Part shown: positions 1 to 9,747 of the stretch, one piece after another
Numbering within the stretch: the first letter of the stretch is position 1
How the letters are laid out: each line of letters opens with the position of its first letter
From: Escherichia phage OES_C-1
Strand: one strand, 5' to 3'
Length of the DNA stretch: 64,000 bases
Sequence record: PQ553088
The notes under the pieces: generated by a model
What the model saw: the letters and a program-made list of their open reading frames with translations, nothing else
What the model was told of the DNA's origin: nothing
Databases searched by the model: none
Made by a program: the position numbers and the translations under genes

Positions 1-1196
1 TTCATTCCAACTAGTTTATCAACATAAGAAGAATACATATCAATTTTAGAAAGTTCTTCGGTCAGTTCTTTGCGAGTTTTACCTTGTACAACAATTTCAC
101 CTGAAATTACTTTCTTAATGAAATGTGCCTTGGCAAAAGCTAAACGAAATGCTGATTCAGTTTCTTTGATTTTGTTATCAATTCGTTTTTGGACATAAGT
201 TTTACGAACTTCAACGAAGTCTTTGATTAAATCAACTACATTATCGTAAACTTGCAGCTTTCCTTTCTCATTAATGACGGTAATATTCTGGGAACGACGC
301 TCAATCAACCCGAAGTCTTTCATAATTTTTGCATGGCGTTCTTCTTCATTATCGCTCAAAGAGTATTCTTTTCGGAATTTAACTTTGAAGCCAAAGCCAT
401 GCTCACCACAAGCATCATCCCATGTAATGAAGCCTTTATCTTCAAGCGGGTCTAAGATTTTACTCACATAAGTTTCACGATCATACTTATATGGAATCTC
501 AGTGATATGCATTTGAGTTCGTGAAGTAAACTTATATGTTCCACGAATTTCATATTGCCCATCAATTTCAACGACTTCACCACGAAATTCTGGGAATTCT
601 ACCTTCGGTTTAGTTACTTTCTTTCCTTGAAGAGCTTGCAGTACAGCTTTCTTGACAGAAGAAACACTATGAGGAAGAATGTAAGTTGCATAACCAGTTG
701 CAATACCGGAAACGCCATTAAGAAGAACAGTAGGAATAATAGGCAAATAGAAAGCAGGCGGAATGTGTTCTTTATCTTGATGTACTGGAGCATATTCAGT
801 ATCTTTATATACGTTATAGAAATTTTTACTTACACGAGCAAAAATATAACGACTTGCTGCTGCCTTTTGGACAGTACGAGAACCAAAGTTTCCTTGACCG
901 TCTAACAGAGGAAAGTTATTATTCCAAGTGTTAGCCATCAAAGCACCTGCGTCTTGCGCAGAGTTTTCACCATGATGATATCCAAGGTCCGCTACACCGC
1001 CTGCGATAGAAGCGAGTTTGTGAAACTTATCTTTATTTCCTCGTGCCAAATCAAGAGCTCGAGCAATAACAAATCGTTGAACTGGCTTAAATCCGTCAAT
1101 CATATTTGGAATGGCACGATTTTCAACCGTGTACATAGCATAAGCCAATGCTTCATTATCAATGATACTTTTTAAATCACGATTATTCAGTTGCAT
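1..1196 (-). CDS. 52: DNA topoisomerase II medium subunit gp52 (N-terminal ~398 aa; 3' end lies beyond window start)
   Basis: Translation from ATG 1194-1196 reads MQLNNRDLKSIIDNEALAYAMYTVENRAIPNMIDGFKPVQRF..., GyrA-like; matches T4 gp52 from memory. Confidence 0.9.
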   Translation of the reverse strand, partial: MQLNNRDLKSIIDNEALAYAMYTVENRAIPNMIDGFKPVQRFVIARALDLARGNKDKFHKLASIAGGVADLGYHHGENSAQDAGALMANTWNNNFPLLDGQGNFGSRTVQKAAASRYIFARVSKNFYNVYKDTEYAPVHQDKEHIPPAFYLPIIPTVLLNGVSGIATGYATYILPHSVSSVKKAVLQALQGKKVTKPKVEFPEFRGEVVEIDGQYEIRGTYKFTSRTQMHITEIPYKYDRETYVSKILDPLEDKGFITWDDACGEHGFGFKVKFRKEYSLSDNEEERHAKIMKDFGLIERRSQNITVINEKGKLQVYDNVVDLIKDFVEVRKTYVQKRIDNKIKETESAFRLAFAKAHFIKKVISGEIVVQGKTRKELTEELSKIDMYSSYVDKLVGM

Positions 1197-1200
1197 AAAT

Positions 1201-1341
1201 TTACCATACTAGTGAATGTAGTGCCATAATAACATCAGAAATGAAAAGCACGACTTGAATTAATCCGAACATTATTCCGTAATATAATGCTATCAATAAA
1301 ATAGCAAGGGCTAATGAATAGCCCAAGATTTTCTTAATCAT
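1201..1341 (-). CDS. small hydrophobic peptide (46 aa, MIKKILGYSLALAILLIALYYG...)
   Basis: Hand-translated sub-60-aa ORF between 52 and ac; start overlaps ac stop; predicted TM helix. Confidence 0.4.
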   Translation of the reverse strand: MIKKILGYSLALAILLIALYYGIMFGLIQVVLFISDVIMALHSLVW

Positions 1342-1492
1342 TAGTAGATAACAACACAAATGTTAAATATGCACACATACCCTGAGCTAAAGCTTGCGAA
1401 AACACACTGCTGGCATCAATACAGATAGTTAAAACACATGCTACTATCCAACAAATAAATGAAATAACTCCTAATAATTTTGCGATATTCAT
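1334..1492 (-). CDS. ac: Ac (acridine sensitivity) membrane peptide, 52 aa
   Basis: Hand translation MNIAKLLGVISFICWIVACVLTICIDASSV...; position between 52 and stp as in T4. Confidence 0.65.
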   Translation of the reverse strand: MNIAKLLGVISFICWIVACVLTICIDASSVFSQALAQGMCAYLTFVLLSTND

Positions 1493-1499
1493 ATTTTCC

Positions 1500-1580
1500 T
1501 CACTGGCGTCCGAAGACGCCTTTAGTTTTAAGATTATTACGATAGAACTGCATCACGTGTTCGTTGTGGAAATTACTCAT
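1500..1580 (-). CDS. stp: Stp peptide (26 aa; activator of host PrrC anticodon nuclease in T4)
   Basis: Hand translation [26 protein letters not shown]; ATG overlaps ndd stop (TAATG). Confidence 0.85.
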
Positions 1581-2038
1581 TAATATGCCTGCAAAACAAA
1601 TTTAAAGTTATCAGCCAACATACGATTCATTTCTTCAAGCGTTTGATACTCAGAATGATGATTACGAGTAAACGCTAAAGCTAACTGACCTTTTCCAAAT
1701 CCCGTCGTCAGAGGTTTCATCTTAGAAGCAGGTAGATAAAATACCGTGTATGGAACATTGTTATTTGCAATAGTACGCGCAAGCTGAGATCGACGCTGGC
1801 GAATATGACTTAGAACTGCACTGAATCCTTGCTTAGAACGCTGATTACCTACATAAAATCGTGCAGATACACATGGATTACTAAATGGACGACCATCTAA
1901 TTTACTTACTAAAAAATAAAATCCAGGTTTAGATAAAATATCTTTATGCGGAGTTCCCAAAAACCACTCACCACCCTTGATTGTACCAATAACAGTTGCG
2001 CCTGCGTTATTCAGATCAGTAACAGTCATGTATTTCAT
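1580..2038 (-). CDS. ndd: Ndd nucleoid disruption protein
   Basis: [33 protein letters not shown]... matches T4 Ndd; start set at internal ATG with GAGG SD (track ORF extends to 2086). Confidence 0.85.
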
Positions 2039-2070
2039 ATTAATTTCCTCTAAATTATTTTCTACTCCAA

Positions 2071-2092
2071 GGCCGCATGAATACACACGGCC
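2071..2092 (-). terminator. intercistronic hairpin (GGCCG...CGGCC, 12-nt loop)
   Basis: Inverted repeat between the 2099..2314 ORF and ndd start. Confidence 0.3.
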
Positions 2093-2098
2093 GATAAA

Positions 2099-2314
2099 TT
2101 AATCGTCGCAGGCGACGCTCAACTCCCAGAACTCTTCTACAGTATAAGTTTCAGTATCATTTTCAATACAGAAACGTTCATTACTGTTATTTACTAAAGT
2201 AGCGTTAACTGTCATTTTCTCGCTAGTGCTCTTAAGAGGTGAAATACGAATTAACTGATCACCGTTATCTAAACAAAAAATTTCACCAACTTTTACATCT
2301 TTAAAACTTTTCAT
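2099..2314 (-). CDS. hypothetical protein (71 aa)
   Basis: Track ORF, tightly packed downstream of promoter cluster. Confidence 0.5.
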   Translation of the reverse strand: MKSFKDVKVGEIFCLDNGDQLIRISPLKSTSEKMTVNATLVNNSNERFCIENDTETYTVEEFWELSVACDD

Positions 2315-2429
2315 AATTCACCTCAAGGAGTATAAAATCCAAATGCAGTTGTTGACCATCCCATCCAATATGGGATATTTGCGCCAATGTAAAATACAAG
2401 AATATAAAACCAAATGCTTAGTAAATTCA

Positions 2430-2627
2430 TTATTTTACACCATTCCAAATTGTTTCAACCACAGATTTCAAACCATTTTGGTGAATATCCATTCCGACAA
2501 CTGCCATCAAATAAATTCCAACTACAACTGAACCCAAGGCGAAAATCAGCATGAAAATGAATAAAGCTGGAAAAATATTATCGAAAAACCATTCAATAAA
2601 TGTAAAAGCACGGCGTTTACGCTTCAT
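2430..2627 (-). CDS. small membrane protein (~65 aa)
   Basis: Track ORF; start moved to internal ATG (MKRKRRAFTF...) preceded by GAGGAAA; hydrophobic core. Confidence 0.4.
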   Translation of the reverse strand: MKRKRRAFTFIEWFFDNIFPALFIFMLIFALGSVVVGIYLMAVVGMDIHQNGLKSVVETIWNGVK

Positions 2628-2634
2628 ATTTTCC

Positions 2635-2748
2635 TCACATAAATCCAAAGTAAGCGTTTAATACATCAATCATTAAAACGATTGGGAATATACTTAAAAC
2701 TACTAGTATTATAACTACATTCCATATAGCTTTAACAATCTTTTTCAT
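2635..2748 (-). CDS. small hydrophobic peptide (37 aa, MKKIVKAIWNVVIILVVL...)
   Basis: Track ORF trimmed to internal ATG at 2746-2748, directly downstream of the conserved promoter/leader cassette with GGAGG SD. Confidence 0.4.
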   Translation of the reverse strand: MKKIVKAIWNVVIILVVLSIFPIVLMIDVLNAYFGFM

Positions 2749-2774
2749 TTTCTGTTCCTCCGTAGCTGATAGTT

Positions 2775-2808
2775 GTATAGTACCACAGAGGAACAGTCTT
2801 GTAAACAA
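2775..2808 (-). promoter_or_regulatory. T4-type early promoter (GTTTAC -35, 18-nt spacer, TACTAT -10)
   Basis: gtaaac at 2801-2806 and atagta at 2777-2782 on + strand; member of the conserved cassette family. Confidence 0.6.
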
Positions 2809-2990
2809 CTTTTTAAAAATATTCGTAATAAATGTGAATACCAATCACTACTGCCGAAACTTGCGCAACCCACCACGCACACGCAATAAGTACAGAATTC
2901 AAAATTTTCATAATAACCTCATCACAAAAGTAAATGTTAAACAAATTACTGGAATACTAATTAACCAAACAAAACACCACCATAATGAAC

Positions 2991-3254
2991 TCATAGTTCA
3001 ATCTCAATGATTTCAAGATTATTTTCTTTAATAGCTTTCTTTAAATCATCGTAAATAAGAACTTCCCAAGAATTGTTTAAATCACCATTCAACAAACGCT
3101 CTTGTTGCAATTTATCAGTAAGATATGGTTGGTCTGATTCATATTTAGACAATCCCAATGAAATAAATGATGTTGCATCGTCAATTTCAGAATATTGTAC
3201 ATGAACAAATTCACCTGTGATTTTATGTTTAACATAAAAGAATTTAAATTTCAT
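2991..3254 (-). CDS. hypothetical protein (87 aa)
   Basis: Track ORF; start immediately downstream of promoter cassette copy. Confidence 0.5.
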   Translation of the reverse strand: MKFKFFYVKHKITGEFVHVQYSEIDDATSFISLGLSKYESDQPYLTDKLQQERLLNGDLNNSWEVLIYDDLKKAIKENNLEIIEIEL

Positions 3255-3280
3255 TTTTGTTCCTCTGTAGTTGATAGTTG

Positions 3281-3313
3281 TATAGTACCACGGTCCTTGT
3301 AGTATGTAAACTA
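3281..3313 (-). promoter_or_regulatory. T4-type early promoter
   Basis: gtaaac 3306-3311, atagta 3283-3288, 17-nt spacer; cassette family. Confidence 0.6.
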
Positions 3314-3327
3314 GTTTATGAAATTTT

Positions 3328-3885
3328 TTAGATGGAAAGATACCATCCGTTGTAGTTGCTTTTTCGCACTACCTTACGAAGGTCTTCTCTATCACCAATG
3401 AACTTCGGAGTGTACTGGATGACACCTGGATGAATTTCTTTAGTGTTGAATATAATTATACAGTCAGCGACTTGATGATTTAGAATGGGCCCTAGATTTA
3501 TTCCAGAACCGTATGGATACTCTCCGCTGCATCCGGTTGTTACCGAAATCCAACGTGAGTCAGTTTGATGTGTTTTGACTTCTACACGAAGCCCGCAGTA
3601 TTTTGGATGCGCCAGTACATCCCACGCATATGTATACGGGTCATTAACATCCTCTTGGCCTTTGTTAACATACCCGCTTAGCCAATCTGCTACAAAAAAT
3701 TCTGCGTACACAGCGATACGACATCTTTCAATAACTTCTGCTTTATCCTGATTAGGATTTTGTTTTAAAGAGTATCTTGCTGTATCAGCAATTTTGACCT
3801 TCATTTCACTAGTCAAGTCATTGTTCGATAGGGTAAATGTCGGAATCTGAAATAGTCTCTGTAAACCTGGATTCGTTTTCTGCAT
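3328..3885 (-). CDS. denB: endonuclease IV (DenB)-like, 185 aa
   Basis: MQKTNPGLQRLFQIPTF...; length and position upstream of rIIB as T4 denB. Confidence 0.75.
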   Translation of the reverse strand: MQKTNPGLQRLFQIPTFTLSNNDLTSEMKVKIADTARYSLKQNPNQDKAEVIERCRIAVYAEFFVADWLSGYVNKGQEDVNDPYTYAWDVLAHPKYCGLRVEVKTHQTDSRWISVTTGCSGEYPYGSGINLGPILNHQVADCIIIFNTKEIHPGVIQYTPKFIGDREDLRKVVRKSNYNGWYLSI

Positions 3886-3952
3886 TTAGACTTTCCTTTT
3901 ATGTCTGAATCACTGGTATTCATATAATAAATCATAATTTCTCTTAAAACAA

Positions 3953-3968
3953 AAGGGCCGAAGCCCTT
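3953..3968 (-). terminator. UUCG-tetraloop hairpin (GGGCUUCGGCCC type)
   Basis: aagggccgaagccctt on + strand; U-rich tail on minus strand. Confidence 0.55.
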
Positions 3969-3971
3969 ATT

Positions 3972-4166
3972 TTATTTGAATTGTGCAATTCTTTTCTCTA
4001 GACATTCAGCATAAGATTTCATTGAGATAAACTGCGAAAGTAACAGTTCTTGCTCAACTGCATTAACTGTTAGAAACTTTGCGCTTTCTAAAAATTTGCT
4101 CAGTGCATTAATTTTGAGCATTAATTGATCGTATTCTTCTTTTACTCGTGCTTGATAACCTAACAT
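3972..4166 (-). CDS. hypothetical protein (64 aa)
   Basis: Track ORF flanked by two UUCG hairpins. Confidence 0.45.
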   Translation of the reverse strand: MLGYQARVKEEYDQLMLKINALSKFLESAKFLTVNAVEQELLLSQFISMKSYAECLEKRIAQFK

Positions 4167-4180
4167 AATTTTCCTCAGTT

Positions 4181-4196
4181 AAGGGCCGAAGCCCTT
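4181..4196 (-). terminator. UUCG-tetraloop hairpin overlapping rIIB stop codon
   Basis: aagggccgaagccctt; rIIB stop codon lies inside the stem. Confidence 0.55.
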
Positions 4197-5133
4197 ATTT
4201 AAATTGTTCAGTAACGTCTTCAACTACTTCGTATTGGCAGGTACGCATTTTAGCGTCGTTGTAATCAATCGGAATTGATACTACATCACGCGGATGCACT
4301 TTAACTTTTACAACTCGACTGGTTGAACTACCAAAGTGACGAATATAAGATTTAGAACACACATGCAGACCACGAGAACAAGTTTGTGTATCATCGTCAT
4401 TCACACGAGTACGCGGCATTTTAACTACTTTACCAGGACTGTTATCAAAGGTGTTTGAGTGACAGTCAAAGTAGTTGTCACGAACTACTTTCCAAGCATA
4501 GAAGTAACCATCTTCTGTAATTTCAATATCGTTTGCTACCAAGAAATCAAAGAGTCGAGATACCGCTTTTTGGCTTGGGTTTTCCAACAGATTTTCCAAG
4601 AACGGAAAATAGAATTCAAAGTTTTCGCCTTTTTCCATCGAGTCAAGAATACGATCAACCAAACCAGATCGCAATTCAATATTTTGATAGAACAAGCTTC
4701 CACCTTCAATTCGAACATCGCCGGAAATATATTTTTCAACAGCGCGACGAACATTAATTTTTTGTGCCGCTTCTTCCAACTTATCCGCTACAAGCAGATT
4801 AAGAATTTCCTGGAAGTTTGAATGAGTATTAGGAGTTGCGTTATAAGTTACACCATCAACAGTAATTGAAATGAATTTTTTAGATGCATTCCAAATAATG
4901 TCAGATTTAGCAATTGGAGCAATAACTACATCACTCTTAACTTCAACTGCAATGTCACCGCTAATGGTAACTTTGGAACGCTCAACTTCTTCAGCATTTT
5001 TCAAAACACGACGGATTGTGTCAACCGATACACCTTGCCAATCAGCCAATTCCTGTTGGGTATAATTACCACTTGAATACAGTTTAACAATTTCAGCTTG
5101 TTCGTTTTTGGTCAGGCATTTAATATTGTACAT
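4195..5133 (-). CDS. rIIB: rIIB protein (312 aa)
   Basis: MYNIKCLTKNEQAEIVKLYSSGNYTQQELADWQGVSVDTIRRVL...; adjacent to rIIA. Confidence 0.9.
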   Translation of the reverse strand: MYNIKCLTKNEQAEIVKLYSSGNYTQQELADWQGVSVDTIRRVLKNAEEVERSKVTISGDIAVEVKSDVVIAPIAKSDIIWNASKKFISITVDGVTYNATPNTHSNFQEILNLLVADKLEEAAQKINVRRAVEKYISGDVRIEGGSLFYQNIELRSGLVDRILDSMEKGENFEFYFPFLENLLENPSQKAVSRLFDFLVANDIEITEDGYFYAWKVVRDNYFDCHSNTFDNSPGKVVKMPRTRVNDDDTQTCSRGLHVCSKSYIRHFGSSTSRVVKVKVHPRDVVSIPIDYNDAKMRTCQYEVVEDVTEQFK

Positions 5134-5144
5134 AATTTTCCTTA

Positions 5145-7322
5145 TTAGGCCGCAAGGGCCTTCATAGTTTTAGCGATTTGGGAAACTTCATCATCACTTA
5201 AAGAGTTGCGATAACCGATGAAGTCGGAAACAATACGGAATTTCTTGGTAAACTCAGCAACCATTTTATCACTGTTTTTTGAAGCATTATTTGATAATAC
5301 ATCAAAAAGATTAGTTACTGTCCAGATGTCATGACCGATGGTATCTTTTCCACCGTTGAAATATACACCCTGTAATGAACTAACCATATTAGCGAGTCGT
5401 GTATATTCTTCAGAAACTTCATCTACACTGAAGTACTTCATCATAAAATCTAGTTCAGGATACTTGATAATTTTATCAATATATCGTTTAGCTGAACTTG
5501 AATAACCTACATACTTATCATAATCTACATCATCAAAAGCATCTACATATAAATCACGCAAAGTTTCAAAAATACATTGGCACTGACCAAGTTCTTTTAC
5601 CTTTTTCTGCAAAAGCGGACGAATAACATAAAATTCATTAATGCCAATAAGATTAGCCATACGAATCAAAATATTCGTAGATGGATGACAAAGCGATGTA
5701 GTACCATCCATAGAGAAAATATCAGAACGATGCATGTATGCTACATAACCAGTAATTTCATCTGCTTCTGACGTAAGTGTAAATAGTTCCTCTTTTTCCC
5801 AGCGACCGTCTTTAATTTCAAACTTAAATGCAGTAGCAGTTTTAGGACGAGGAGCTGTACTTTTTACTGCCTTCGGAATATAACTTTTAACTAAAGCTTC
5901 AATTTCTGACAGATAATGAATGTTAACTTCATCACTTTCAAACATTGCGATAATATCAGGAAGCAAATCAATCTGCGATTCTACTTCCGGATTAATAAAC
6001 AGAAGACGCTCATTGTGATGAATATTCAAAGTGTTATTAAATTCACTATCATCTAATGCACGTGCTAATCCACGGACAATATTAACACGATTTTTAATAT
6101 TATCAATGACGATATTAATTTTTGTTGTGTTAATACCAAACAGACGATAACTTGATGCAACGGCTGAAGTTTCATGACTTTGCTTAATGCGCTTCAGTCG
6201 AGGGTCAAGATTTACTTCATACACAACTCCTGCATTGCATAACTTACTATCAGGTTCAAACATGCTTTGCATCTTCTTATATGACAGATTTTTAGTCGTA
6301 AATTTGACTGAATTACTAATCATATAATCTCGAGCAGAATACCCCATCTTCATCAATTCACGATATGTATGACGGGGAGATGTGGATTCTTTAAATCGTT
6401 TTACATCTTCATTAAATGCTTTCTCACTGAGTTCTTTAACTCGTTCAATAATATTTTTACGAGTACGATCATCCAGTGAAAGAGCCTCGCGAGATGGAGC
6501 AATATCAAGTGAACCCATTGGAAACTTAATATAATTCACTTCATTGCGGATGCTTAACCAGTTACGGTCTCTAATAACACCATCAATAGGATAAACAATA
6601 CCACCATAGATAGCATACAATCCACCACGATCTGGCCAGTATCTTTCTGGATTTACGCCGTAATAATCATCAAAATCCGGAAAATAATCAATTTCGCGGT
6701 CAAGACCATTAATAATAGCCAAATCTTTGAATGGTCGCATGATATAGGAAACTTCATAAGCAAAGTTTCTAAAGTCTTTTTCTTCAACCGGAACTACGAT
6801 TTCAATGCCAGTTTTATCGTTTGGACCCATTTCTTTTACGAATGTAGGTTTAATCTGCGGACCGTCACCATCCATGTAAGCTACATAACCACGAATTTCA
6901 CCTTTATGGTACGAAGTAATACTAAATGTATCAGTATAACTAAACGGAGATTTAGAACCTAAACCAAATCCGCCAATGAAATCGTTGGATTCAGCCTTAG
7001 ATGAACTGAAGTATGAATTATATAACCCAGGAGAATTATCATCACCCTGAATATCAAAATCGCTCATACCCGGACCAAAATCTCGACAAACAAATCGCGG
7101 ATCTAATCGTCCTGGAACTTGAATGATAAATTTTTCAGGATTTCCATTGAGAGCATGGGCGTCAATCATGTTGGTAATTAATTCACGGACTACTGCACGA
7201 ATCTTGTTTGTATACAAATCAGATGACAGAATTTTAAATACTTTAGGAGATGCTGTGATGCTAAATGCTTTTGATTTAGAACCATTGCCAAGAATTGTTT
7301 CTTTTTCAGTGGTGATAATCAT
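5145..7322 (-). CDS. rIIA: rIIA protein (725 aa)
   Basis: [29 protein letters not shown]...; size and rIIB adjacency as T4. Confidence 0.9.
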   Translation of the reverse strand: MIITTEKETILGNGSKSKAFSITASPKVFKILSSDLYTNKIRAVVRELITNMIDAHALNGNPEKFIIQVPGRLDPRFVCRDFGPGMSDFDIQGDDNSPGLYNSYFSSSKAESNDFIGGFGLGSKSPFSYTDTFSITSYHKGEIRGYVAYMDGDGPQIKPTFVKEMGPNDKTGIEIVVPVEEKDFRNFAYEVSYIMRPFKDLAIINGLDREIDYFPDFDDYYGVNPERYWPDRGGLYAIYGGIVYPIDGVIRDRNWLSIRNEVNYIKFPMGSLDIAPSREALSLDDRTRKNIIERVKELSEKAFNEDVKRFKESTSPRHTYRELMKMGYSARDYMISNSVKFTTKNLSYKKMQSMFEPDSKLCNAGVVYEVNLDPRLKRIKQSHETSAVASSYRLFGINTTKINIVIDNIKNRVNIVRGLARALDDSEFNNTLNIHHNERLLFINPEVESQIDLLPDIIAMFESDEVNIHYLSEIEALVKSYIPKAVKSTAPRPKTATAFKFEIKDGRWEKEELFTLTSEADEITGYVAYMHRSDIFSMDGTTSLCHPSTNILIRMANLIGINEFYVIRPLLQKKVKELGQCQCIFETLRDLYVDAFDDVDYDKYVGYSSSAKRYIDKIIKYPELDFMMKYFSVDEVSEEYTRLANMVSSLQGVYFNGGKDTIGHDIWTVTNLFDVLSNNASKNSDKMVAEFTKKFRIVSDFIGYRNSLSDDEVSQIAKTMKALAA

Positions 7323-7332
7323 AATTTCCTCA

Positions 7333-7536
7333 TTAATTCATATTACGCTTAATAACTTCAGCAACTTCTAGTAATTCATCTTTAGTTGCAGTGTCGGATT
7401 GAATTTTATCTCTAATATCTTTAAAGCGGTTTTTAAATTCTTCGGCTTCTCCCATATCGAAAAAGCGTTGAATGATTCTATATTCTCGATGAACTGCTTT
7501 ATCAAAAAGTTCTAAATTTACTTTATATGATTTCAT
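7333..7536 (-). CDS. hypothetical protein (67 aa; rIIA.1 position)
   Basis: Track ORF with GAGGA SD; directly downstream of early promoter. Confidence 0.5.
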   Translation of the reverse strand: MKSYKVNLELFDKAVHREYRIIQRFFDMGEAEEFKNRFKDIRDKIQSDTATKDELLEVAEVIKRNMN

Positions 7537-7559
7537 TTCAATATCCTCATTTGCCCAAT

Positions 7560-7593
7560 TAATTATACCACATCCTTGTGGTAAAGTAAACTA
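7560..7593 (-). promoter_or_regulatory. T4-type early promoter (GTTTAC, 18 nt, TATAAT)
   Basis: gtaaac 7586-7591, attata 7562-7567; same 30-nt sequence recurs at 54343-54372. Confidence 0.65.
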
Positions 7594-9408
7594 CTGGCTC
7601 ATCCATTCTTTACGAAGGTCAGCATTATCTCCCATGAGCATTTCAAAAAGCTCTTTCCAGTTCTCAGGAAGTTTAACAACATCATATACTGGATTTTGAA
7701 TCATCTCACGATATTCAGATTTTTCCAAAGAGCCAAGTCCTTTAATATAACGGATGCTATGTTTAGGTAGAGCATCTTTGGCGCTCTCATATTCAGCGAC
7801 TGTATAAAACCATTCTTGTTTTTTACCGACCTGTGCGATGATTACAGGAGTTTTGACAAAGCGAATTCGTCCTTGCTCAAACAGTTCTGGCCAATTACTA
7901 AAAAATCCAAGCAGAGAAGGATAAATGCTTCCTAGACCATCATGGTCAGCATCAGTCATAATAGCAATATTATGATAATTCAAGTTTTCAGCTTTTTCAC
8001 CGAGAACTAATCCAGTGATTGCGCAAATATCAAACAGTTCTTTGTTTTTAAGCATGTCAGCATATGACATGCCCCAACTGTTGAGAACTTTACCGCGCAA
8101 TGGATAACCACCGTGAAGTTCTTTATCACGAACATCAATAAGATATCCGATAGCCGAATCACCCTCAGTCAAGAAAAGAGTAGTGTCAGCATCTTTACCA
8201 CAAAGATTCGCTTTAATATGTTTATGAACCTTAGCTTTAGAGGCCTTTTTAGCTGCTTTAGTTTCAGCTGCTTTTTCTGCTGCCAATTTACGAGCCAAGG
8301 CAGCTTCAATAATTGGCATTAAAATTGCTTCATTATTTAAAATAGCACGTGAAATCTTTTTAGCATCAAGCTGAATATGACTACGAATTTCACCAAATGG
8401 AGAAGTCAAACGCTCTTTAGTTTGAGAATCAAATCGCATGTTTTTCATATCACGAACAAACATAACGATAGTCAAACATTCTTTAACACGTGCTTTAGTT
8501 ACATCAATTTTGAATTTACGTTTGATTTGTGGAATAAGGTCTTCACAAATATCATCCATAACACAGTCAATGTGATGGCCACCATTCTTAGTATGAATGT
8601 TATTGACGTACGTCAATTGACGAAAACCATCCGGTGAACGACCAACCGCAATAGAACAGTTTTCTTGTTCTTGAACGATGGCGTGTTCATCATATTGGCG
8701 TGCATATTTCTTAAAATTACCCTGAACCTTTTTACCATTAAAGGTAAATTGAATATCAGGATAAACTACTGCAAGTGTCTGGAGACGATCTAGCGTAATG
8801 TCAAGATAAACTTGAGATAGCTCATTGGTTTCAAATGACATAAAATCAGGAATGAAAGTAACACGAGTTCCTTTCCATTTTCCTGGAATAGTTTCCCATG
8901 ATTTATTTTCCATGCCATTTGAACAACGAACTACAATATTATTTTGACCATCACCAGTTTCACCGACAAACATCACAGAAAAAATGTTTGTCAAACTAGA
9001 ACCAACACCATTCATACCGCCAGTGACGCGTTCTTTATCATCACCAAAGTTACCACCTGCTTTTGGAATAGTCCATGCAGCAACAGGACCAGGAATTTCT
9101 TCACCAGTAGGTGTTTTAACCATCGCCTGTGGAATACCGCGACCGTTATCTTCAACTGTTACTTGATTGTTTTTAATAGTAACATTAATTTTATTTGCGA
9201 ATTTAAACTTAGTACGAATACCTTCATCTACTGAGTTATCGATAATTTCATCAATAAGCTTAACAAGACCAGGTACATACTGAACACTTTCCCATTTACC
9301 AAACAGAAAGCGCTCATGCATTTCATTAGCGGAAGAGCCAATGTACATGCCGCTACGCTTTTTGATATGTTCAATATCGCTCAGAATTTTAATTTCATTC
9401 TTAATCAT
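7591..9408 (-). CDS. 39: DNA topoisomerase II large subunit, single continuous gene (GyrB-like ATPase plus Toprim region that is separate gene 60 in T4)
   Basis: MIKNEIKILSDIEHIKKRSGMYIGSS... through ...GLGSLEKSEYREMIQ; ~605 aa uninterrupted. Confidence 0.9.
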   Translation of the reverse strand: MIKNEIKILSDIEHIKKRSGMYIGSSANEMHERFLFGKWESVQYVPGLVKLIDEIIDNSVDEGIRTKFKFANKINVTIKNNQVTVEDNGRGIPQAMVKTPTGEEIPGPVAAWTIPKAGGNFGDDKERVTGGMNGVGSSLTNIFSVMFVGETGDGQNNIVVRCSNGMENKSWETIPGKWKGTRVTFIPDFMSFETNELSQVYLDITLDRLQTLAVVYPDIQFTFNGKKVQGNFKKYARQYDEHAIVQEQENCSIAVGRSPDGFRQLTYVNNIHTKNGGHHIDCVMDDICEDLIPQIKRKFKIDVTKARVKECLTIVMFVRDMKNMRFDSQTKERLTSPFGEIRSHIQLDAKKISRAILNNEAILMPIIEAALARKLAAEKAAETKAAKKASKAKVHKHIKANLCGKDADTTLFLTEGDSAIGYLIDVRDKELHGGYPLRGKVLNSWGMSYADMLKNKELFDICAITGLVLGEKAENLNYHNIAIMTDADHDGLGSIYPSLLGFFSNWPELFEQGRIRFVKTPVIIAQVGKKQEWFYTVAEYESAKDALPKHSIRYIKGLGSLEKSEYREMIQNPVYDVVKLPENWKELFEMLMGDNADLRKEWMSQ

Positions 9409-9460
9409 CACTTATCCTCGTTTGGTTTCGGGAATATTATACTCCAATAATCATAAAGCT

Positions 9461-9478
9461 AAAGGCCCGAAGGCCTTT
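9461..9478 (-). terminator. UUCG-tetraloop hairpin
   Basis: aaaggcccgaaggccttt. Confidence 0.5.
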
Positions 9479-9747
9479 TATTTAAAACGAATAGTTGAAT
9501 CCTTAAAGAACAGCCCAGAACATACTGTTCCTTCTACTTTCTGCCCAGTAGGTCCAATAGCACGAAATCCAGTATGTTGGAAATCATTTTCAGAACAACC
9601 GAACCAGTTATATCCAGTGATTTCAATATTAGTAAAACCGCTTGAAGACAAAACTTTGGTTGCATTATCAGCATCAGTACATCCTACTAAAGACACTGCT
9701 AATACTAATGCCGCGATAGAACGATTAATATATTTCATAATTTTCAC
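9478..9747 (-). CDS. putative lipoprotein (89 aa; signal peptide with LVGC lipobox)
   Basis: MKIMKYINRSIAALVLAVSLVGCTDAD... Confidence 0.5.
   Translation of the reverse strand: MKIMKYINRSIAALVLAVSLVGCTDADNATKVLSSSGFTNIEITGYNWFGCSENDFQHTGFRAIGPTGQKVEGTVCSGLFFKDSTIRFK

Noticed and set aside
252-1175. Plus-strand track ORFs 252..455, 274..471, 555..905, 954..1175
   Set aside because: They lie antisense inside the strongly supported gene 52 coding region, have no Shine-Dalgarno sequence, and are low-complexity; treated as spurious.
1580-2086. 168-aa extended form of the ndd ORF
   Set aside because: The first 16 codons read through the upstream intergenic hairpin; the internal ATG with a GAGG Shine-Dalgarno gives the T4-like Ndd N-terminus MKYMTV.
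4459-5065. Plus-strand and alternate-frame ORFs inside rIIB (4459..4821, 4533..4757, 4536..4754, 4871..5065)
   Set aside because: Fully embedded in rIIB on the opposite strand or in an alternate frame; no independent signals.
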